A DNA stretch of 32,000 nt from Clostridia bacterium. Lineage in GTDB: Bacteria > Bacillota > Clostridia > TANB77 > RGIG9151. Below, one piece after another: positions 25,280-32,000 of this stretch. Both the position numbers and the translations under genes were made by a program. The notes below the pieces were generated by a model. The model had not been told where the DNA came from and searched no databases. It worked only from the letters and a program-made list of their open reading frames with translations. Position 1 is the first letter of the stretch. Every line of letters starts with the position of its first letter. The stretch covers positions 30,410-62,409 of the forward strand of contig JAFSUW010000022.1 of NCBI GenBank assembly GCA_017450465.1. The letters are read 5' to 3'.

Positions 25280-25807
25280 TTATTTTCCTCCCTTTAACGC
25301 TAAACTTTTACGAATTTCTGTACTGCTTATCACTTTACCGTTTTCTTTTAACAAAGGAATTTCAATTACATCAAAATCATATTTTTTAGATAATTCTTTT
25401 AGTAGCGTAACATTTCCAAGCGAATCTTTACCAAATGTCGAATTACTACCAATAACTATTTCTTTTACATGTAACTGATCTACTAGTACATTTTTTACAA
25501 AATCTTCTGGCATAATATTTGCAAAATCTCTATCAAATTTTTGAAAAATTAATATATCTATACTTAAATTTTCTAGTGCTTCCACTTTTTCTTCGTTTGT
25601 CATAAGCACAGTAATATCCTCATTATTTAAGTATGCTTTAGGGTTATTTAAAAATGTATAAATACACGCCTTTTTATGAAGCTTATGTGCCTCATCTACC
25701 AGCGTATTTATAATTTTTAGGTGTCCCTTATGTAAGCCGTCGAACTTTCCAAAAGCAACAACGGTTTCAGATTTTATACTAAAATTTGGATTATATAAAA
25801 CTTCCAT
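25280..25807 (-). CDS. FMN adenylyltransferase (FAD synthetase N-terminal domain only, no riboflavin kinase domain)
   Basis: VVAFGKFDGLHKGHLKII nucleotidyltransferase motif. The protein ends after about 175 aa, whereas bifunctional RibF is about 310 aa. I place the start at the ATG at 25807 (GGAGG 5 nt upstream) rather than 25882, which overlaps the upstream gene. Confidence 0.75.
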   Translation of the reverse strand: MEVLYNPNFSIKSETVVAFGKFDGLHKGHLKIINTLVDEAHKLHKKACIYTFLNNPKAYLNNEDITVLMTNEEKVEALENLSIDILIFQKFDRDFANIMPEDFVKNVLVDQLHVKEIVIGSNSTFGKDSLGNVTLLKELSKKYDFDVIEIPLLKENGKVISSTEIRKSLALKGGK

Positions 25808-25856
25808 ATTACCTCCAAAATTTTTATATGTTTCCAAATTATGATAACATTTTTTT

Positions 25857-26246
25857 TTACTGTTGTAAATATTCGATAACACCCTTAATTAATTTACTAA
25901 AAAAGGCCATTGGCACACCCATCAAAAACCAACCTACAGAAAACGGCACACATATTTGACCTTTTACGTTATAAATAACACGAGAATAATCCCAAACGTG
26001 CATTTTTAACTGCAAATTCACAATACAACCCACAAATAATTCGAAAAATGTTATAAGTACCATAGAAATAATGCAACTTTTTATTACACTTAAATGGTTC
26101 GTAATATAGATTTTATAAAAAATACAAAATACTATTCCGCCAGTTAACACCATACTCCAATGTGTAAACCCGCGAAATAGTATCTCTACTGCCGCATAAC
26201 CAAATCCGCCTATAAAAAAGGCGCATACGATTTCCTTGAAAGTCAT
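25857..26246 (-). CDS. Small polytopic membrane protein (resembles the putative ABC-transporter type IV / CmpB-like family)
   Basis: 129 aa, 4 hydrophobic helices, WDYS motif. The family assignment is tentative. Confidence 0.45.
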   Translation of the reverse strand: MTFKEIVCAFFIGGFGYAAVEILFRGFTHWSMVLTGGIVFCIFYKIYITNHLSVIKSCIISMVLITFFELFVGCIVNLQLKMHVWDYSRVIYNVKGQICVPFSVGWFLMGVPMAFFSKLIKGVIEYLQQ

Positions 26247-26258
26247 TTAAGTCCCCTT

Positions 26259-26978
26259 TTATCGTCCTATAAACATCTGTGTAAATAGTTTTCCATACCT
26301 TTTACTATCAACAATACCTATTCCCGTATAATTATAGCTTGAGTTTAATATATTTGCCCTATGGCCTTCCGAATTCATCCAACCTTCAAAAGCCTTTTGG
26401 GCAGTAGAATAACCAGCGATATTTTCACCCGCACTTTTATACGTTATGCCAAATGTTTTCATCATATCAAAAGGGCTCCCATACGTTGGTGACGTATGCG
26501 AAAAATAATTTTTATCTTCCATATCTTTCGATTTTAATTCAGCAACTTCCATTAACTTAGTATCTACCTTTAATTCAGTAAACCCTGCTTCCTTTCTTGC
26601 TTTATTCACAAGATTTAATATTGTCTTTTCATCATTTGTTAAAGTTTCACTTGCTTTGTTTTCTAATACTGTATTATTTACTATATTATTAGTATTTGTT
26701 GGTGATATATACCATCCATTTACCATGCCAAAAACGTCGTCATTAGTTTGCACCAAATACCAATTTTTTATCTTACCAAGAGCTCTTAAATTGGTACCTT
26801 TATTTACTACCTTGACCACTCCATAATTCGTTCCGGGGCCACTTCTAATGTTTAAGCTATTAGTATTTACATAACAGTTATAAAACCCGGCATCAGTAAT
26901 ATAATTTACTGCACTAGTTTTTATTGGCATTAAAAACAATATAGTTATAAGCAAAAAAATCTTTCTCATAAAATTCAT
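26259..26978 (-). CDS. Secreted SH3b plus CAP (SCP/PR1, YkwD-like) domain protein
   Basis: Signal peptide. SH3_3-like segment (LNIRSGPGTNYGVVKVVNKGTNLRALGKIKNWYLV). CAP domain motifs (FSHTSPTYGSPFDMM, GENIA, GWMNSEGHRANIL). Confidence 0.8.
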   Translation of the reverse strand: MNFMRKIFLLITILFLMPIKTSAVNYITDAGFYNCYVNTNSLNIRSGPGTNYGVVKVVNKGTNLRALGKIKNWYLVQTNDDVFGMVNGWYISPTNTNNIVNNTVLENKASETLTNDEKTILNLVNKARKEAGFTELKVDTKLMEVAELKSKDMEDKNYFSHTSPTYGSPFDMMKTFGITYKSAGENIAGYSTAQKAFEGWMNSEGHRANILNSSYNYTGIGIVDSKRYGKLFTQMFIGR

Positions 26979-27032
26979 TCCTTTTCTATTTTCTTAACTA
27001 TATTGTTACCCATTTTTTTATTTTTATTTTTG

Positions 27033-27061
27033 AAAAAAGAACCAACTACTTAGTTGGTTCT
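27033..27061 (-). terminator. Intrinsic terminator after hicB (overlaps its last codons)
   Basis: Sense: AGAACCAACU-aagu-AGUUGGUUCU, a perfect 10-bp stem, followed by UUUUUC. Confidence 0.8.
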
Positions 27062-27456
27062 GATACATTTAAATACTCTTTTAATGCTGCTTGCAATATT
27101 TTAGAGAAATTAACATTATTTTCTTCTGCTATTTTATTCAACCATTGCGGAATTGTTAAAGTCTTTTTAACGGATTGCTCCTCTACTTCCATTCTAACTA
27201 ATGGCATCCATGTTTTTATAAGCAAAACTTTTTCATTCTTTTGACAACATACATCTTCCAATTTCGTAGGTTTAGGGATTTTTTCGTTATCCTCTTCTAA
27301 ATTATACATCCACAATCCTAAAACCTCTTCAGCGTTTTTTAACGCTTCTTCAGTAGTTTGTGCTTCAGACAAACATCCTGGTAAATCAGGAAAACTTATT
27401 GAAATTCCATCGTCTGCATAATTAAAAATAGCAGGATAAACATATGCGTTTTTCAT
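27046..27456 (-). CDS. hicB: HicB family antitoxin
   Basis: N-terminal HicB fold signature (YPAIFNYADDGISISFPDLPGCLSEAQTTEEALKNAEEVL). C-terminal ribbon-helix-helix-like DNA-binding tail (TLTIPQWLNKIAEENNVNFSKILQAALKEYL). Confidence 0.85.
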   Translation of the reverse strand: MKNAYVYPAIFNYADDGISISFPDLPGCLSEAQTTEEALKNAEEVLGLWMYNLEEDNEKIPKPTKLEDVCCQKNEKVLLIKTWMPLVRMEVEEQSVKKTLTIPQWLNKIAEENNVNFSKILQAALKEYLNVSEPTK

Positions 27457-27490
27457 AAAAACATCTCCTTATTTTTGAGGGGGACGAGAA

Positions 27491-27685
27491 CTAGAATTTA
27501 ATTCCCGTCAATTTTGAAATACTTTTTATATTATTTAATGTCATATCTTTAACTGGATGTGTTACAGTAATCTTATTATTATTTACTGTATGTATAAAAT
27601 AATAATGATCACCACGTATATTTTTTAACTTCCAACCATTTTTCTCAAGTATCTCAATTACTTCCCTAGAAGAATAACTTTTCAT
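27491..27685 (-). CDS. hicA: HicA family mRNA interferase toxin
   Basis: 64 aa. SREVIEILEKNGWKLKNIRGDHYYF...TVTHP.KDM is typical of the HicA/YcfA fold. Immediately upstream of hicB. Confidence 0.85.
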   Translation of the reverse strand: MKSYSSREVIEILEKNGWKLKNIRGDHYYFIHTVNNNKITVTHPVKDMTLNNIKSISKLTGIKF

Positions 27686-27708
27686 TTGTACGTCCCCCTT
27701 ATGAATAT

Positions 27709-27738
27709 ATTATAACACGTATTATTAATACGTGTCAA
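27709..27738 (-). promoter_or_regulatory. hicAB promoter with embedded perfect palindromic operator
   Basis: Sense: TTGACA-18 nt-TATAAT. The spacer and part of the -35 form the perfect inverted repeat ACACGTATTA-t-TAATACGTGT (27715-27735). GGGGGA RBS upstream of the hicA ATG. Confidence 0.65.
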
Positions 27739-27744
27739 CGTATA

Positions 27745-27778
27745 TAAAAAATATTGCTACAATTTCTGTAGCAATATT
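27745..27778 (-). terminator. Intrinsic terminator after the cell wall hydrolase gene
   Basis: AATATTGCTACA-atttc-TGTAGCAATATT, a perfect 12-bp stem with T/A runs on both sides, directly after the stop at 27780. Confidence 0.8.
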
Positions 27779-27779
27779 T

Positions 27780-28469
27780 TTATTCTTTATATCCATAAAA
27801 ATTATGCGGTGCTATGTAGTCAATTTTTCTTAATGCTCTTTCAAACCATCCTTTACCTGGTGCTGTTGGTGTGCAAAAATAAAGTGCATCTTCACCAATT
27901 ATTCTGCTACCATTAAGTGCATCAGCAACTACTTTTTTTGTTGTTTCACTTACTTTAATTGTGTAATATCTTCCATCACTTATAGGACTAAATTGCTTTG
28001 GTGCAAATATAACTTCTTTTAATGTATTTGGAAATCTTGAACTTTGCACACGATTTAGTACTACATTTGCAACTGCAAGTCGTCCATTATAGTCGGAACC
28101 ACCTGCTTCTGCTTCTACTATTCTTTCAAATATTTCAACTTCCTCTTCTGTGAGACTAAGATTAATTTCTTCATAATATATACTTTTGGTTTCCCTTGGT
28201 GTATCAATACCACTTCTTGATGTCACTACTTGTTTCTTTGGTGCTTGTGCACTATGTTCTTTAATAACTTTTACTTCAGTTTCTTCAGTAAAATCTTCAG
28301 ATAACTCTTCTTCGCTACTCATTGCAAGTTTTACTGATTTTTCAATAACAAATTTTTGAGGTACTTTAACTTCAAAAAATAATGAGTGTATTAAAGCCGT
28401 TAAAAATAGTGCGACAAATGCTACGATTATTGCTAGTTCTCTTTTTAAAATAACTATCCCTCCTCGCAT
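27780..28469 (-). CDS. Cell wall hydrolase, SleB/CwlJ catalytic-domain family, membrane-anchored
   Basis: N-terminal TM helix. C-terminal Hydrolase_2 motifs (RIVEAEAGGSDYNGRLAVANVVLNRVQSSRFPNTLKEVIFAPKQFS). Confidence 0.8.
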   Translation of the reverse strand: MRGGIVILKRELAIIVAFVALFLTALIHSLFFEVKVPQKFVIEKSVKLAMSSEEELSEDFTEETEVKVIKEHSAQAPKKQVVTSRSGIDTPRETKSIYYEEINLSLTEEEVEIFERIVEAEAGGSDYNGRLAVANVVLNRVQSSRFPNTLKEVIFAPKQFSPISDGRYYTIKVSETTKKVVADALNGSRIIGEDALYFCTPTAPGKGWFERALRKIDYIAPHNFYGYKE

Positions 28470-28575
28470 ATTTTATATCACATAATTAAAATTATGTCAA
28501 ATTAAGTTAAATAAATCAATTTTATTGACCACAAAACCAATTTGGAATATAATTACATCGAAAGGAATGGATACA

Positions 28576-30924
28576 ATGGATAAAATACTTAATACACTTG
28601 AATATGATAAAGTTATCAAGCTATTAACACAAAATGCATCGACACCACTTGGTAAAGAATTATGTGAAAGTCTTGTACCTTCATATTCTTATGAGGAGAT
28701 AAATGAAACATTAAAAGAAACAGGTGAAGCAGTCAATTTTACTGTAAAATATAATGCACCACCATTTTCAGCAATTCACGATATACGCACTAGCTTAAAG
28801 CACTCTGAGATTGCTTCTATGCTGTCAATTGATGAACTTTTAGATATTGCAGATACTTTACGTGGTACTATGACATTAAAAAAATATTTTGAAAATTCTG
28901 AAGAACCTACTGTTTTCTTAACCGACTATGTATATAACCTATATACCAATTCATCAATTTGCGATGAAATATATAGATGCATAGATAACAGTAATCACAT
29001 ATCTGACCACGCTTCTTCTGAATTATCCAAAATTCGAAATCAAATAAAAAGTGCTGAACAAAATATTAAAGAAAAAATAAATTCAATAATTAAAGGGCGT
29101 TCCTATTCAAAATATTTACAAGAAAACATCGTAACAATAAGAAACGATAGATATGTTATCCCTGTAAAACAAGAATACAAATCATCTGTGCCTGGTCTTG
29201 TTCATGACTCTTCTTCTACTGGTTCTACCCTATTTATTGAGCCAATTGAAATAGTAGAATTAAACAACAAAATACACGAATTATATATTGCGGAAAAAGT
29301 TGAAATCGAAAAAATATTAACAAATCTTTCTTCACTTGTATTTACTATTCGTGAAGAATTAGAAAGCTCACTAAGTAGCATAGCAAAACTTGATTTTTGC
29401 TTTTCTAAAGCCAAATTTGCTATAAACCAGAATGCTTTCGCCCCAAAACTTAACACTTGGGGATATATAAACTTAAAAAAAGCACGTCATCCACTTATAG
29501 ATAAAAATAAAGTGGTACCTATTAATGTATATATTGGCGACAAATTTTCAACATTAGTTTTAACTGGTCCAAATACCGGTGGCAAAACCGTTACACTAAA
29601 AACTGTAGGTCTACTTACCTTAATGGCATATTCAGGCCTTTTTATACCATGTTCTGAAAATTCTGAGATTGCAGTATTCGATAACGTTTTTGCTGAAATT
29701 GGTGATGAACAGAGCATTGAGCAAAGTTTAAGTACGTTTTCTGCACACATGAAAAATATTATAAACATACTAAAAAACATCAATTCAAATTCTTTGGTAT
29801 TACTCGATGAACTTGGCTCTGGGACCGACCCTGTAGAAGGTTCTGCCCTTGCAATTTCTATACTTGAACACCTATATAAAAACGGTGTAAAAACAATGGC
29901 AAGCACACACTATAGCGAACTTAAGACCTATGCTTTAACCACCGAAGGTGTTACTAATGCTTCTTGCGAATTTGATGTAAACACACTATCACCAACATAC
30001 AACTTAATAATAGGTCTTCCTGGTAAAAGCAACGCTTTTGCAATTTCGGAAAAACTTGGTCTTCCTGAAACTATCATAAAAAATGCACAAACTTTTTTGA
30101 CAACTGAAAAAGCAGAATTTGAAAAGGTAATCTCCGAACTTGAAAATGAAAGACATGAACTATATGCTCAAAAAGCAGAATCAGAAAAATACTTCAATGA
30201 AATTTCAAAATTAAAACAAGAACTTCAAGACAATACAAAAGAACTTGAAACAAAGAAAAATAAAATTATAGAACGCGCTCGTGAAGAAGCAAAAGAGATA
30301 CTTCTATCCGCTGAAGAAGTTGCAAATGAAAGTATGCGTGAAATAAAAAATGCAAAAAAATTAAGCATGTCCGATATGGATAGAAAATTTAGTGAAACTC
30401 GTGGCAAAATAAAAAATCAATTAAAAAATAACTACAAAAATAAAACCACCGAAACCACTGAATATACACCGTTCGATATTCATATAAACGATACTGTTTA
30501 TATTCCAACGCTTGACCAAGAAGCAACTGTTCTTTCATTACCAGACAAAGACAATATGCTTTATGTACAAGCCGGAATAATGAAATCAAAAATACATCTT
30601 CATAAACTGCGTCCAGCAAAAAAAGAAACACAAACTAATTCATCAAAAATTTCAATAAATGTTGAAAACAAAGCAAAAACTATTTCACCAGAATTAAACT
30701 TACTTGGAATGCATGTAGATGAAGCACTTCACACTTTAGATAACTACATAAACGACGCTTTAATTTCTAATTTATCGACAATTAGAATAGTTCACGGGAA
30801 AGGCGAAGGAGTACTAAAAAAAGTAGTCTGGGACTACTTAAAAACTAGCCCATATGTAAAAACTTACCGCATGGGTAACTTTGGTGAAGGAGACCTTGGC
30901 GTTACAGTTGCGGAATTAAAATAA
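28576..30924 (+). CDS. mutS2: Endonuclease MutS2 (MutS domain plus C-terminal Smr)
   Basis: Walker A GPNTGGKT, DELGSGTDP, STHY, a long coiled-coil, and a C-terminal Smr domain (LNLLGMHVDEAL...IRIVHGKGEGVLKK). MDKILNTLEYDKV is a typical N-terminus, so I place the start at 28576 rather than the TTG at 28525. The ATG at 28567 is an alternative. Confidence 0.9.
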   Translation: MDKILNTLEYDKVIKLLTQNASTPLGKELCESLVPSYSYEEINETLKETGEAVNFTVKYNAPPFSAIHDIRTSLKHSEIASMLSIDELLDIADTLRGTMTLKKYFENSEEPTVFLTDYVYNLYTNSSICDEIYRCIDNSNHISDHASSELSKIRNQIKSAEQNIKEKINSIIKGRSYSKYLQENIVTIRNDRYVIPVKQEYKSSVPGLVHDSSSTGSTLFIEPIEIVELNNKIHELYIAEKVEIEKILTNLSSLVFTIREELESSLSSIAKLDFCFSKAKFAINQNAFAPKLNTWGYINLKKARHPLIDKNKVVPINVYIGDKFSTLVLTGPNTGGKTVTLKTVGLLTLMAYSGLFIPCSENSEIAVFDNVFAEIGDEQSIEQSLSTFSAHMKNIINILKNINSNSLVLLDELGSGTDPVEGSALAISILEHLYKNGVKTMASTHYSELKTYALTTEGVTNASCEFDVNTLSPTYNLIIGLPGKSNAFAISEKLGLPETIIKNAQTFLTTEKAEFEKVISELENERHELYAQKAESEKYFNEISKLKQELQDNTKELETKKNKIIERAREEAKEILLSAEEVANESMREIKNAKKLSMSDMDRKFSETRGKIKNQLKNNYKNKTTETTEYTPFDIHINDTVYIPTLDQEATVLSLPDKDNMLYVQAGIMKSKIHLHKLRPAKKETQTNSSKISINVENKAKTISPELNLLGMHVDEALHTLDNYINDALISNLSTIRIVHGKGEGVLKKVVWDYLKTSPYVKTYRMGNFGEGDLGVTVAELK

Positions 30925-30951
30925 AAAATGCGGATTTAATCCGCATTTTTT
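30923..30951. terminator. Bidirectional intrinsic terminator between mutS2 and the convergent gene
   Basis: AAAAAATGCGGAT-tta-ATCCGCATTTTTT. The loop contains the stop codon of the minus-strand gene. Confidence 0.8.
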
Positions 30952-32000
30952 ATTTCTACTTCTGTTATATACCAACTTTGCAAATAATGTACTTTCGCTC
31001 CACAATGCTCACAAGCATTCTTCATTATATCAACAGTAGCTCCGCAACCATGGCACTTTACTACATATATTCCTGGATGATAAGGATTTTCTTCTATTTC
31101 GTTTTGAACCAATGTACAACTTAACGTTTTAATACTCGATTTTACCTTATCTTCTACCATTTCTACTACTCTTATATCTAACTTTACTTTTATATTAATC
31201 CTTTTTAAGTCATCAAAAAAATAACTATAATCATCGTAATCAACTACATCAAAATCAATTACGTTTTTGTTCTCTTCTTTAGTTCCGTCAAAAAAGAATT
31301 CATTTAATTCATTATTAAAATTATTAAAAAATTTTTCTTTAGATATGTCATAGCTTTTAAGTGATTCCCAAAACTTTGCCTGAATTTGATTTTTCTTTTC
31401 TTTTTCAGCTAGTGCAATACTTCTTACATAACCCATTCTTAATGCATATAGCGGATAAAAAAGTAATCCCGTAAAAGCTAATGCTATTCCTAGTATCTTT
31501 AATATATCAAAAACAGTAAATGTTCTACCTGTAGTAATACAATACCACGAAGAAAGTATTAAACAAATTATAAAATCAATAATGAAAACTAAAATCTTTC
31601 CTCTACCTTTGTCTTTTATCACATAATTAGTATTAAGTTGTGCCCCAACTTTTTTATTCGAATAATCAATTGTATATATTGAACCACAATATGGGCAACC
31701 TTCCAAAAAATCTTTTCCGTTTCCCTTCATACCACAGTTCATGCATTCTATATCTTCTTCCAATTCCTTGTTAATAACAAAAGAATATAAAAGACTTGGA
31801 TTAAAGTCTGTTTCAGCAAAAACTGGTGTACCATTTTTAAAATAAGTTTTATTTAAAATAACACCATTTTTTATATCATCATTTCGTGAATTATCCGAAT
31901 TACGTTCACAAACACTTTCTCCATCTTTATATTTGGTTTTTATATTAATATTTTTATCTCGCAAACGTTTTTTATGAAAATGTTCAGTTACTGTAGCCAT
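30936..32000 (-). CDS. Hypothetical membrane protein with two zinc-ribbon motifs (may extend beyond the window edge)
   Basis: CxxC...CxxC pairs near aa 86-108 (CMNCG...CPYCG) and aa 320-338 (CHGCG...CEHCG), with two hydrophobic helices between them. An ATG lies exactly at the window edge, so the true start is uncertain. Confidence 0.5.
   Translation of the reverse strand: MATVTEHFHKKRLRDKNINIKTKYKDGESVCERNSDNSRNDDIKNGVILNKTYFKNGTPVFAETDFNPSLLYSFVINKELEEDIECMNCGMKGNGKDFLEGCPYCGSIYTIDYSNKKVGAQLNTNYVIKDKGRGKILVFIIDFIICLILSSWYCITTGRTFTVFDILKILGIALAFTGLLFYPLYALRMGYVRSIALAEKEKKNQIQAKFWESLKSYDISKEKFFNNFNNELNEFFFDGTKEENKNVIDFDVVDYDDYSYFFDDLKRINIKVKLDIRVVEMVEDKVKSSIKTLSCTLVQNEIEENPYHPGIYVVKCHGCGATVDIMKNACEHCGAKVHYLQSWYITEVEIKNAD

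Noticed and set aside
1-32000. Scan for CRISPR arrays, tRNA/rRNA genes, transposases, integrases or prophage blocks
   Set aside because: No regularly spaced direct repeats, no cloverleaf-like GC islands other than the 4545-5350 block, and no recombinase-like ORFs were seen.

Overview
AT-rich Firmicutes (Clostridia-like, spore-forming) chromosomal segment. It carries about 35 genes, all but two on the minus strand. Family calls are from recognition of the translated sequences; no searches were run. Left to right: a bicistronic GerA-type germinant receptor (A and C subunits only); a small DUF1622-like membrane protein (+); a YaaH/SleL-type LysM-GH18 spore cortex hydrolase; a GC-rich ORF-less block (about 4545-5386); a small membrane-anchored protein; an Hsp20 gene with a CIRCE operator; meso-DAP dehydrogenase and TraX; a tripartite TolC-like/MFP/RND efflux operon; the divIVA-yggT-sepF division cluster; an orphan HlyD-like protein; hfq-miaA; a CBS protein; a DUF212 protein with ispA-xseB-xseA-nusB-asp23; an acidic coiled-coil protein; an orphan histidine kinase co-transcribed with an FMN-adenylyltransferase-only protein; an SH3-CAP protein; hicAB; a SleB-family cell wall hydrolase; mutS2 (+); and a zinc-ribbon membrane protein. 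The main result is the block at 4545-5386 on the minus strand. A near-consensus sigma-A promoter drives a class I c-di-GMP (GEMM-I) riboswitch that has its own terminator. The riboswitch is followed not by an ORF but by about 650 nt of GC-rich, hairpin-dense RNA with repeated loop modules, ending in a second strong intrinsic terminator. I cannot assign the body of this roughly 0.8 kb RNA to a known family from sequence alone. A second-messenger-gated large ornate ncRNA is the best candidate here for something undescribed. It lies immediately upstream of a spore cortex hydrolase gene.
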